A stretch of 64,000 nucleotides of DNA from Auanema rhodensis (lineage: Eukaryota; Animalia; Nematoda). Positions within the stretch are counted from its first letter, which is position 1, and each line of letters starts with the position of its first letter. The stretch is from NCBI GenBank assembly GCA_964057225.1, contig OZ059894.1, forward strand, positions 20,708,001 through 20,772,000, in the 5' to 3' direction. Both the position numbers and the translations under genes were made by a program. Of the stretch, positions 40,201 through 54,405 are shown piece after piece. The notes beneath the pieces are model-generated. The model was not told the origin of the DNA. It saw only the letters and a list, made by a program, of their open reading frames with translations, and did no database searches.

Positions 40201-43200
40201 CAGTTGATATCTCGGTGAATTTTTAAGCTAGCGCGAATCTGATAACACAGATCGACGCAGCTTAAAAATCCGCATCGAATGCACTATACTACATTGAGAA
40301 ACGCTTAATACAAAAATTAGTTATGATCGTTTGAAAAATGATGCATTAGTGTATGTTGAGTTTCCATGTACACTCAACATTGCTTCCAAAAACATTTTGA
40401 CAAAAATTTTTTCGAAAAATTTCAGAATAATTTAGCAAAAAGTAGATGTTTTTAGATTCCATTTTTCAAGGCAAAGACGATGGACAATGTTATTCAACGA
40501 AAAAATTAATTCTTCAGGGTGAAAATCGAGGATATAAGTGTGAACTTATATCAGTTGATATCTCGGTGCATTTTTAAGCTAGCGCAAATCTGATAACACA
40601 GATCGACGCAGCTTCAAAATCCGCATCGAATGCACTATACTACATTGAGAAACGCTTAATACAAAAATTAGTTATGATCGTTTGAAAAATGATGCATTAG
40701 TGTATGTTGAGTTTCCATGTACACTCAACATTGCTTCCAAAAACATTTTGACAAAAATTTTTTCGAGAAATTTCAAAATAATTTAGCAAAAAGTAGATGT
40801 TTTTAGATTCCTTTTTTCAAGGCAAAGACGATGGACAATGTTATTCAACGAAAAAATTAATTCTTCAGGGTGAAAATCGAGGATATAAGTGTGAACTTAT
40901 ATCAGTTGATATCTCTGTGCATTTTTAAGCTAGCGCAAATCTGATAACACAGATCGACGCAACTTAAAAATCCGCATCGAATGCACTATACTACATTGAG
41001 AAACGCTTAATACAAAAATTAGTTATGATCGTTTGAAAAATGATGCATTAGTGTATGTTGAGTTTCCATGTACACTCAACATTGCTTCCAAAAACATTTT
41101 GACAAAAATTTTTTCGAAAAATTTCAAAATAATTTAGCAAAAAGTAGATGTTTTTAGATTCCATTTTTCAAGGCAAAGACGATGGACAATGTTAATCAAC
41201 GAAAAAATTAATTCTTCAGGGTGAAAATCGAGGATATAAGTGTGAACTTATATCAGTTGATATCTCGGTGCATTTTTAAGCTAGCGCAAATCTGATAACA
41301 CAGATCGACGCAGCTTCAAAATCCGCATCGAATGCACTATACTACATTGAGAAACGCTTAATACAAAAATTAGTTATGATCGTTTGAAAAATGATGCATT
41401 AGTGTATGTTGAGTTTCCATGTACACTCAACATTGCTTCCAAAAACATTTTGACAAAAATTTTTTCGAAAAATTTCAAAATAATTTAGCAAAAAGTAGAT
41501 GTTTTTAGATTCCTTTTTTCAAGGCAAAGACGATGGACAATGTTATTCAACGAAAAAATTAATTCTTCAGGGTGAAAATCGAGGATATAAGTGTGAACTT
41601 ATATCAGTTGATATCTCGGTGAATTTTTAAGCTAGCGCGAATCTGATAACACAGATCGACGCAGCTTAAAAATCCGCATCGAATGCACTATACTACATTG
41701 AGAAACGCTTAATACAAAAATTAGTTATGATCGTTTGAAAAATGATGCATTAGTGTATGTTGAGTTTCCATGTACACTCAACATTGCTTCCAAAAACATT
41801 TTGACAAAAATTTTTTCGAAAAATTTCAAAATAATTTAGCAAAAAGTAGATGTTTTTAGATTCCATTTTTCAAGGCAAAGACGATGGACAATGTTAATCA
41901 ACGAAAAAATTAATTCTTCAGGGTGAAAATCGAGGATATAAGTGTGAACTTATATCAGTTGATATCTCGGTGCATTTTTAAGCTAGCGCAAATCTGATAA
42001 CACAGATCGACGCAGCTTAAAAATCCGCATCGAATGCACTATACTACATTGAGAAACGCTTAATACGAAAATTAGTTATGATCGTTTGAAAAATGATGCA
42101 TTAGTGTATGTTGAGTTTCCATGTACACTCAACATTGCTTCCAAAAACATTTTGACAAAAATTTTTTCGAAAAATTTCAAAATAATTTAGCAAAAAGTAG
42201 ATGTTTTTAGATTCCATTTTTCAAGGCAAAGACGATGGACAATGTTAATCAACGAAAAAATTAATTCTTCAGGGTGAAAATCGAGGATATAAGTGTGAAC
42301 TTATATCAGTTGATATCTCGGTGAATTTTTAAGCTAGCGCGAATCTGATAACACAGATCGACGCAGCTTAAAAATCCGCATCGAATGCACTATACTACAT
42401 TGAGAAACGCTTAATACAAAAATTAGTTATGATCGTTTGCAAAATGATGCATTAGTGTATGTTGAGTTTCCATGTACACTCAACATTGCTTCCAAAAACA
42501 TTTTGACAAAAATTTTTTCGAAAAATTTCAGAATAATTTAGCAAAAAGTAGATGTTTTTAGATTCCATTTTTCAAGGCGAAGACGATGGACAATGTTATT
42601 CGACGAAAAAATTAATTCTTCAGGGTGAAAATCGAGGATATAAGTGTGAACTTATATCAGTTGATATCTCGGTGCATTTTTAAGCTAGCGCAAATCTGAT
42701 AACACAGATCGACGCAGCTTAAAAATCCGCATCGAATGCACTACACTACATTGAGAAACGCTTAATACAAAAATTAGTTATGATCGTTTGAAAAATGATG
42801 CATTAGTGTATGTTGAGTTTCCATGTACACTCAACATTGCTTCCAAAAACATTTTGACAAAAATTTTTTCGAAAAATTTCAGAATAATTTAGCAAAAAGT
42901 AGATGTTTTTAGATTCCATTTTTCAAGGCGAAGACGATGGACAATGTTATTCGACGAAAAAATTAATTCTTCAGGGTGAAAATCGAGGATATAAGTGTGA
43001 ACTTATATCAGTTGATATCTCGGTGCATTTTTAAGCTAGCGCAAATCTGATAACACAGATCGACGCAGCTTAAAAATCCGCATCGAATGCACTACACTAC
43101 ATTGAGAAACGCTTAATACAAAAATTAGTTATGATCGTTTGAAAAATGATGCATTAGTGTATGTTGAGTTTCCATGTACACTCAACATTTCTTCCAAAAA

Positions 43201-46200
43201 CATTTTGACAAAAATTTTTTCGAAAAATTTCGAAATAATTTAGCAAAAAGTAGATGTTTTTAGATTCCATTTTTCAAGGCAAAGACGATGGACAATGTTA
43301 TTCAACGAAAAAATTAATTCTTCAGGGTGAAAATCGAGGATATAAGTGTGAACTTATATCAGTTGATATCTCGGTGCATTTTTAAGCTAGCGCAAATCTG
43401 ATAACACAGATCGACGCAACTTAAAAATCCGCATCGAATGCACTATACTACATTGAGAAACGCTTAATACAAAAATTAGTTATGATCGTTTGAAAAATGA
43501 TGCATTAGTGTATGTTGAGTTTCCATGTACACTCAACATTGCTTCCAAAAACATTTTGACAAAAATTTTTTCGAGAAATTTCAAAATAATTTAGCAAAAA
43601 GTAGATGTTTTTAGATTCCTTTTTTCAAGGCAAAGACGATGGACAATGTTATTCAACGAAAAAATTAATTCTTCAGGGTGAAAATCGAGGATATAAGTGT
43701 GAACTTATATCAGTTGATATCTCTGTGCATTTTTAAGCTAGCGCAAATCTGATAACACAGATCGACGCAACTTAAAAATCCGCATCGAATGCACTATACT
43801 ACATTGAGAAACGCTTAATACAAAAATTAGTTATGATCGTTTGAAAAATGATGCATTAGTGTATGTTGAGTTTCCATGTACACTCAACATTGCTTCCAAA
43901 AACATTTTGACAAAAATTTTTTCGAAAAATTTCAAAATAATTTAGCAAAAAGTAGATGTTTTTAGATTCCTTTTTTCAAGGCAAAGACGATGGACAATGT
44001 TATTCAACGAAAAAATTAATTCTTCAGGGTGAAAATCGAGGATATAAGTGTGAACTTATATCAGTTGATATCTCTGTGCATTTTTAAGCTAGCGCAAATC
44101 TGATAACACAGATCGACGCAACTTAAAAATCCGCATCGAATGCACTATACTACATTGAGAAACGCTTAATACGAAAATAAGTTATGATCGTTTGAAAAAT
44201 GATGCATTAGTGTATGTTGAGTTTCCATGTACACTCAACATTGCTTCCAAAAACATTTTGACAAAAATTTTTTCGAAAAATTTCAAAATAATTTAGCAAA
44301 AAGTAGATGTTTTTAGATTCCATTTTTCAAGGCGAAGACGATGGACAATGTTATTCGACGAAAAAATTAATTCTTCAGGGTGAAAATCGAGGATATAAGT
44401 GTGAACTTATATCAGTTGATATCTCGGCGCATTTTTAAGCTAGCGCAAATCTGATAACACAGATCGACGCAGCTTAAAAATCCGCATCGAATGCACTACA
44501 CTACATTGAGAAACGCTTAATACAAAAATTAGTTATGATCGTTTGAAAAATGATGCATTAGTGTATGTTGAGTTTCCATGTACACTCAACATTTCTTCCA
44601 AAAACATTTTGACAAAAATTTTTTCGAAAAATTTCGAAATAATTTAGCAAAAAGTAGATGTTTTTAGATTCCATTTTTCAAGGCAAAGACGATGGACAAT
44701 GTTATTCAACGAAAAAATTAATTCTTCAGGGTGAAAATCGAGGATATAAGTGTGAACTTATATCAGTTGATATCTCTGTGCATTTTTAAGCTAGCGCAAA
44801 TCTGATAACACAGATCGACGCAACTTAAAAATCCGCATCGAATGCACTATACTACATTGAGAAACGCTTAATACGAAAATTAGTTATGATCGTTTGAAAA
44901 ATGATGCATTAGTGTATGTTGAGTTTCCATGTACACTCAACATTGCTTCCAAAAACATTTTGACAAAAATTTTTTCGAAAAATTTCAAAATAATTTAGCA
45001 AAAAGTAGATGTTTTTAGATTCCATTTTTCAAGGCAAAGACGATGGACAATGTTAATCAACGAAAAAATTAATTCTTCAGGGTGAAAATCGAGGATATAA
45101 GTGTGAACTTATATCAGTTGATATCTCGGTGAATTTTTAAGCTAGCGCGAATCTGATAACACAGATCGACGCAGCTTAAAAATCCGCATCGAATGCACTA
45201 TACTACATTGAGAAACGCTTAATACAAAAATTAGTTATGATCGTTTGAAAAATGATGCATTAGTGTATGTTGAGTTTCCATGTACACTCAACATTGCTTC
45301 CAAAAACATTTTGACAAAAATTTTTTCGAAAAATTTCAGAATAATTTAGCAAAAAGTAGATGTTTTTAGATTCCATTTTTCAAGGCGAAGACGATGGACA
45401 ATGTTATTCGACGAAAAAATTAATTCTTCAGGGTGAAAATCGAGGATATAAGTGTGAACTTATATCAGTTGATATCTCGGTGCATTTTTAAGCTAGCGCA
45501 AATCTGATAACACAGATCGACGCAGCTTAAAAATCCGCATCGAATGCACTACACTACATTGAGAAACGCTTAATACAAAAATTAGTTATGATCGTTTGAA
45601 AAATGATGCATTAGTGTATGTTGAGTTTCCATGTACACTCAACATTGCTTCCAAAAACATTTTGACAAAAATTTTTTCGAGAAATTTCAAAATAATTTAG
45701 CAAAAAGTAGATGTTTTTAGATTCCTTTTTTCAAGGCAAAGACGATGGACAATGTTATTCAACGAAAAAATTAATTCTTCAGGGTGAAAATCGAGGATAT
45801 AAGTGTGAACTTATATCAGTTGATATCTCTGTGCATTTTTAAGCTAGCGCAAATCTGATAACACAGATCGACGCAACTTAAAAATCCGCATCGAATGCAC
45901 TATACTACATTGAGAAACGCTTAATACAAAAATTAGTTATGATCGTTTGAAAAATGATGCATTAGTGTATGTTGAGTTTCCATGTACACTCAACATTGCT
46001 TCCAAAAACATTTTGACAAAAATTTTTTCGAAAAATTTCAAAATAATTTAGCAAAAAGTAGATGTTTTTAGATTCCTTTTTTCAAGGCAAAGACGATGGA
46101 CAATGTTATTCAACGAAAAAATTAATTCTTCAGGGTGAAAATCGAGGATATAAGTGTGAACTTATATCAGTTGATATCTCGGTGAATTTTTAAGCTAGCG

Positions 46201-49200
46201 CGAATCTGATAACACAGATCGACGCAGCTTAAAAATCCGCATCGAATGCACTATACTACATTGAGAAACGCTTAATACAAAAATTAGTTATGATCGTTTG
46301 AAAAATGATGCATTAGTGTATGTTGAGTTTCCATGTACACTCAACATTGCTTCCAAAAACATTTTGACAAAAATTTTTTCGAAAAATTTCAAAATAATTT
46401 AGCAAAAAGTAGATGTTTTTAGATTCCATTTTTCAAGGCAAAGACGATGGACAATGTTAATCAACGAAAAAATTAATTCTTCAGGGTGAAAATCGAGGAT
46501 ATAAGTGTGAACTTATATCAGTTGATATCTCGGTGCATTTTTAAGCTAGCGCAAATCTGATAACACAGATCGACGCAGCTTCAAAATCCGCATCGAATGC
46601 ACTATACTACATTGAGAAACGCTTAATACAAAAATTAGTTATGATCGTTTGAAAAATGATGCATTAGTGTATGTTGAGTTTCCATGTACACTCAACATTG
46701 CTTCCAAAAACATTTTGACAAAAATTTTTTCGAAAAATTTCAAAATAATTTAGCAAAAAGTAGATGTTTTTAGATTCCTTTTTTCAAGGCAAAGACGATG
46801 GACAATGTTATTCAACGAAAAAATTAATTCTTCAGGGTGAAAATCGAGGATATAAGTGTGAACTTATATCAGTTGATATCTCGGTGAATTTTCAAGCTAG
46901 CGCGAATCTGATAACACAGATCGACGCAGCTTAAAAATCCGCATCGAATGCACTATACTACATTGAGAAACGCTTAATACAAAAATTAGTTATGATCGTT
47001 TGAAAAATGATGCATTAGTGTATGTTGAGTTTCCATGTACACTCAACATTGCTTCCAAAAACATTTTGACAAAAATTTTTTCGAAAAATTTCAAAATAAT
47101 TTAGCAAAAAGTAGATGTTTTTAGATTCCATTTTTCAAGGCAAAGACGATGGACAATGTTAATCAACGAAAAAATTAATTCTTCAGGGTGAAAATCGAGG
47201 ATATAAGTGTGAACTTATATCAGTTGATATCTCGGTGCATTTTTAAGCTAGCGCAAATCTGATAACACAGATCGACGCAGCTTAAAAATCCGCATCGAAT
47301 GCACTATACTACATTGAGAAACGCTTAATACGAAAATTAGTTATGATCGTTTGAAAAATGATGCATTAGTGTATGTTGAGTTTCCATGTACACTCAACAT
47401 TGCTTCCAAAAACATTTTGACAAAAATTTTTTCGAAAAATTTCAAAATAATTTAGCAAAAAGTAGATGTTTTTAGATTCCATTTTTCAAGGCAAAGACGA
47501 TGGACAATGTTAATCAACGAAAAAATTAATTCTTCAGGGTGAAAATCGAGGATATAAGTGTGAACTTATATCAGTTGATATCTCGGTGAATTTTTAAGCT
47601 AGCGCGAATCTGATAACACAGATCGACGCAGCTTAAAAATCCGCATCGAATGCACTATACTACATTGAGAAACGCTTAATACAAAAATTAGTTATGATCG
47701 TTTGAAAAATGATGCATTAGTGTATGTTGAGTTTCCATGTACACTCAACATTGCTTCCAAAAACATTTTGACAAAAATTTTTTCGAAAAATTTCAGAATA
47801 ATTTAGCAAAAAGTAGATGTTTTTAGATTCCATTTTTCAAGGCGAAGACGATGGACAATGTTATTCGACGAAAAAATTAATTCTTCAGGGTGAAAATCGA
47901 GGATATAAGTGTGAACTTATATCAGTTGATATCTCGGTGCATTTTTAAGCTAGCGCAAATCTGATAACACAGATCGACGCAGCTTAAAAATCCGCATCGA
48001 ATGCACTACACTACATTGAGAAACGCTTAATACAAAAATTAGTTATGATCGTTTGAAAAATGATGCATTAGTGTATGTTGAGTTTCCATGTACACTCAAC
48101 ATTGCTTCCAAAAACATTTTGACAAAAATTTTTTCGAAAAATTTCAGAATAATTTAGCAAAAAGTAGATGTTTTTAGATTCCATTTTTCAAGGCGAAGAC
48201 GATGGACAATGTTATTCGACGAAAAAATTAATTCTTCAGGGTGAAAATCGAGGATATAAGTGTGAACTTATATCAGTTGATATCTCGGTGCATTTTTAAG
48301 CTAGCGCAAATCTGATAACACAGATCGACGCAGCTTAAAAATCCGCATCGAATGCACTACACTACATTGAGAAACGCTTAATACAAAAATTAGTTATGAT
48401 CGTTTGAAAAATGATGCATTAGTGTATGTTGAGTTTCCATGTACACTCAACATTTCTTCCAAAAACATTTTGACAAAAATTTTTTCGAAAAATTTCGAAA
48501 TAATTTAGCAAAAAGTAGATGTTTTTAGATTCCATTTTTCAAGGCAAAGACGATGGACAATGTTATTCAACGAAAAAATTAATTCTTCAGGGTGAAAATC
48601 GAGGATATAAGTGTGAACTTATATCAGTTGATATCTCGGTGCATTTTTAAGCTAGCGCAAATCTGATAACACAGATCGACGCAACTTAAAAATCCGCATC
48701 GAATGCACTATACTACATTGAGAAACGCTTAATACAAAAATTAGTTATGATCGTTTGAAAAATGATGCATTAGTGTATGTTGAGTTTCCATGTACACTCA
48801 ACATTGCTTCCAAAAACATTTTGACAAAAATTTTTTCGAGAAATTTCAAAATAATTTAGCAAAAAGTAGATGTTTTTAGATTCCTTTTTTCAAGGCAAAG
48901 ACGATGGACAATGTTATTCAACGAAAAAATTAATTCTTCAGGGTGAAAATCGAGGATATAAGTGTGAACTTATATCAGTTGATATCTCTGTGCATTTTTA
49001 AGCTAGCGCAAATCTGATAACACAGATCGACGCAACTTAAAAATCCGCATCGAATGCACTATACTACATTGAGAAACGCTTAATACAAAAATTAGTTATG
49101 ATCGTTTGAAAAATGATGCATTAGTGTATGTTGAGTTTCCATGTACACTCAACATTGCTTCCAAAAACATTTTGACAAAAATTTTTTCGAAAAATTTCAA

Positions 49201-52200
49201 AATAATTTAGCAAAAAGTAGATGTTTTTAGATTCCTTTTTTCAAGGCAAAGACGATGGACAATGTTATTCAACGAAAAAATTAATTCTTCAGGGTGAAAA
49301 TCGAGGATATAAGTGTGAACTTATATCAGTTGATATCTCGGTGAATTTTTAAGCTAGCGCGAATCTGATAACACAGATCGACGCAGCTTAAAAATCCGCA
49401 TCGAATGCACTATACTACATTGAGAAACGCTTAATACAAAAATTAGTTATGATCGTTTGAAAAATGATGCATTAGTGTATGTTGAGTTTCCATGTACACT
49501 CAACATTGCTTCCAAAAACATTTTGACAAAAATTTTTTCGAAAAATTTCAAAATAATTTAGCAAAAAGTAGATGTTTTTAGATTCCATTTTTCAAGGCAA
49601 AGACGATGGACAATGTTAATCAACGAAAAAATTAATTCTTCAGGGTGAAAATCGAGGATATAAGTGTGAACTTATATCAGTTGATATCTCGGTGCATTTT
49701 TAAGCTAGCGCAAATCTGATAACACAGATCGACGCAGCTTAAAAATCCGCATCGAATGCACTATACTACATTGAGAAACGCTTAATACGAAAATTAGTTA
49801 TGATCGTTTGAAAAATGATGCATTAGTGTATGTTGAGTTTCCATGTACACTCAACATTGCTTCCAAAAACATTTTGACAAAAATTTTTTCGAAAAATTTC
49901 AAAATAATTTAGCAAAAAGTAGATGTTTTTAGATTCCATTTTTCAAGGCAAAGACGATGGACAATGTTAATCAACGAAAAAATTAATTCTTCAGGGTGAA
50001 AATCGAGGATATAAGTGTGAACTTATATCAGTTGATATCTCGGTGAATTTTTAAGCTAGCGCGAATCTGATAACACAGATCGACGCAGCTTACAAATCCG
50101 CATCGAATGCACTATACTACATTGAGAAACGCTTAATACAAAAATTAGTTATGATCGTTTGAAAAATGATGCATTAGTGTATGTTGAGTTTCCATGTACA
50201 CTCAACATTGCTTCCAAAAACATTTTGACAAAAATTTTTTCGAAAAATTTCAGAATAATTTAGCAAAAAGTAGATGTTTTTAGATTCCATTTTTCAAGGC
50301 GAAGACGATGGACAATGTTATTCGACGAAAAAATTAATTCTTCAGGGTGAAAATCGAGGATATAAGTGTGAACTTATATCAGTTGATATCTCGGTGCATT
50401 TTTAAGCTAGCGCAAATCTGATAACACAGATCGACGCAGCTTAAAAATCCGCATCGAATGCACTACACTACATTGAGAAACGCTTAATACAAAAATTAGT
50501 TATGATCGTTTGAAAAATGATGCATTAGTGTATGTTGAGTTTCCATGTACACTCAACATTGCTTCCAAAAACATTTTGACAAAAATTTTTTCGAAAAATT
50601 TCAGAATAATTTAGCAAAAAGTAGATGTTTTTAGATTCCATTTTTCAAGGCGAAGACGATGGACAATGTTATTCGACGAAAAAATTAATTCTTCAGGGTG
50701 AAAATCGAGGATATAAGTGTGAACTTATATCAGTTGATATCTCGGTGCATTTTTAAGCTAGCGCAAATCTGATAACACAGATCGACGCAGCTTAAAAATC
50801 CGCATCGAATGCACTATACTACATTGAGAAACGCTTAATACGAAAATTAGTTATGATCGTTTGAAAAATGATGCATTAGTGTATGTTGAGTTTCCATGTA
50901 CACTCAACATTGCTTCCAAAAACATTTTGACAAAAATTTTTTCGAAAAATTTCAAAATAATTTAGCAAAAAGTAGATGTTTTTAGATTCCATTTTTCAAG
51001 GCAAAGACGATGGACAATGTTAATCAACGAAAAAATTAATTCTTCAGGGTGAAAATCGAGGATATAAGTGTGAACTTATATCAGTTGATATCTCGGTGAA
51101 TTTTTAAGCTAGCGCGAATCTGATAACACAGATCGACGCAGCTTACAAATCCGCATCGAATGCACTATACTACATTGAGAAACGCTTAATACAAAAATTA
51201 GTTATGATCGTTTGAAAAATGATGCATTAGTGTATGTTGAGTTTCCATGTACACTCAACATTGCTTCCAAAAACATTTTGACAAAAATTTTTTCGAAAAA
51301 TTTCAGAATAATTTAGCAAAAAGTAGATGTTTTTAGATTCCATTTTTCAAGGCGAAGACGATGGACAATGTTATTCGACGAAAAAATTAATTCTTCAGGG
51401 TGAAAATCGAGGATATAAGTGTGAACTTATATCAGTTGATATCTCGGTGCATTTTTAAGCTAGCGCAAATCTGATAACACAGATCGACGCAGCTTAAAAA
51501 TCCGCATCGAATGCACTACACTACATTGAGAAACGCTTAATACAAAAATTAGTTATGATCGTTTGAAAAATGATGCATTAGTGTATGTTGAGTTTCCATG
51601 TACACTCAACATTGCTTCCAAAAACATTTTGACAAAAATTTTTTCGAAAAATTTCAGAATAATTTAGCAAAAAGTAGATGTTTTTAGATTCCATTTTTCA
51701 AGGCGAAGACGATGGACAATGTTATTCGACGAAAAAATTAATTCTTCAGGGTGAAAATCGAGGATATAAGTGTGAACTTATATCAGTTGATATCTCGGTG
51801 CATTTTTAAGCTAGCGCAAATCTGATAACACAGATCGACGCAGCTTAAAAATCCGCATCGAATGCACTACACTACATTGAGAAACGCTTAATACAAAAAT
51901 TAGTTATGATCGTTTGAAAAATGATGCATTAGTGTATGTTGAGTTTCCATGTACACTCAACATTTCTTCCAAAAACATTTTGACAAAAATTTTTTCGAAA
52001 AATTTCGAAATAATTTAGCAAAAAGTAGATGTTTTTAGATTCCATTTTTCAAGGCAAAGACGATGGACAATGTTATTCAACGAAAAAATTAATTCTTCAG
52101 GGTGAAAATCGAGGATATAAGTGTGAACTTATATCAGTTGATATCTCGGTGCATTTTTAAGCTAGCGCAAATCTGATAACACAGATCGACGCAACTTAAA

Positions 52201-54405
52201 AATCCGCATCGAATGCACTATACTACATTGAGAAACGCTTAATACAAAAATTAGTTATGATCGTTTGAAAAATGATGCATTAGTGTATGTTGAGTTTCCA
52301 TGTACACTCAACATTGCTTCCAAAAACATTTTGACAAAAATTTTTTCGAAAAATTTCAAAATAATTTAGCAAAAAGTAGATGTTTTTAGATTCCTTTTTT
52401 CAAGGCAAAGACGATGGACAATGTTATTCAACGAAAAAATTAATTCTTCAGGGTGAAAATCGAGGATATAAGTGTGAACTTATATCAGTTGATATCTCGG
52501 TGCATTTTTAAGCTAGCGCAAATCTGATAACACAGATCGACGCAGCTTAAAAATCCGCATCGAATGCACTACACTACATTGAGAAACGCTTAATACAAAA
52601 ATTAGTTATGATCGTTTGAAAAATGATGCATTAGTGTATGTTGAGTTTCCATGTACACTCAACATTTCTTCCAAAAACATTTTGACAAAAATTTTTTCGA
52701 AAAATTTCGAAATAATTTAGCAAAAAGTAGATGTTTTTAGATTCCATTTTTCAAGGCAAAGACGATGGACAATGTTATTCAACGAAAAAATTAATTCTTC
52801 AGGGTGAAAATCGAGGATATAAGTGTGAACTTATATCAGTTGATATCTCGGTGCATTTTTAAGCTAGCGCAAATCTGATAACACAGATCGACGCAACTTA
52901 AAAATCCGCATCGAATGCACTATACTACATTGAGAAACGCTTAATACAAAAATTAGTTATGATCGTTTGAAAAATGATGCATTAGTGTATGTTGAGTTTC
53001 CATGTACACTCAACATTGCTTCCAAAAACATTTTGACAAAAATTTTTTCGAAAAATTTCAAAATAATTTAGCAAAAAGTAGATGTTTTTAGATTCCATTT
53101 TTCAAGGCAAAGACGATGGACAATGTTAATCAACGAAAAAATTAATTCTTCAGGGTGAAAATCGAGGATATAAGTGTGAACTTATATCAGTTGATATCTC
53201 GGTGCATTTTTAAGCTAGCGCAAATCTGATAACACAGATCGACGCAGCTTCAAAATCCGCATCGAATGCACTATACTACATTGAGAAACGCTTAATACAA
53301 AAATTAGTTATGATCGTTTGAAAAATGATGCATTAGTGTATGTTGAGTTTCCATGTACACTCAACATTGCTTCCAAAAACATTTTGACAAAAATTTTTTC
53401 GAAAAATTTCAAAATAATTTAGCAAAAAGTAGATGTTTTTAGATTCCTTTTTTCAAGGCAAAGACGATGGACAATGTTATTCAACGAAAAAATTAATTCT
53501 TCAGGGTGAAAATCGAGGATATAAGTGTGAACTTATATCAGTTGATATCTCGGTGAATTTTTAAGCTAGCGCGAATCTGATAACACAGATCGACGCAGCT
53601 TAAAAATCCGCATCGAATGCACTATACTACATTGAGAAACGCTTAATACAAAAATTAGTTATGATCGTTTGAAAAATGATGCATTACTGTATGTTGAGTT
53701 TCCATGTACACTCAACATTGCTTCCAAAAACATTTTGACAAAAATTTTTTCGAAAAATTTCAAAATAATTTAGCAAAAAGTAGATGTTTTTAGATTCCAT
53801 TTTTCAAGGCAAAGACGATGGACAATGTTAATCAACGAAAAAATTAATTCTTCAGGGTGAAAATCGAGGATATAAGTGTGAACTTATATCAGTTGATATC
53901 TCGGTGCATTTTTAAGCTAGCGCAAATCTGATAACACAGATCGACGCAGCTTCAAAATCCGCATCGAATGCACTATACTACATTGAGAAACGCTTAATAC
54001 AAAAATTAGTTATGATCGTTTGAAAAATGATGCATTAGTGTATGTTGAGTTTCCATGTACACTCAACATTGCTTCCAAAAACATTTTGACAAAAATTTTT
54101 TCGAGAAATTTCAAAATAATTCAGCAAAAAGTAGATGTTTTTAGATTCCTTTTTTCAAGGCAAAGACGATGGACAATGTTATTCAACGAAAAAATTAATT
54201 CTTCAGGGTGAAAATCGAGGATATAAGTGTGAACTTATATCAGTTGATATCTCGGTGAATTTTTAAGCTAGCGCGAATCTGATAACACAGATCGACGCAG
54301 CTTAAAAATCCGCATCGAATGCACTATACTACATTGAGAAACGCTTAATACAAAAATTAGTTATGATCGTTTGAAAAATGATGCATTAGTGTATGTTGAG
54401 TTTCC

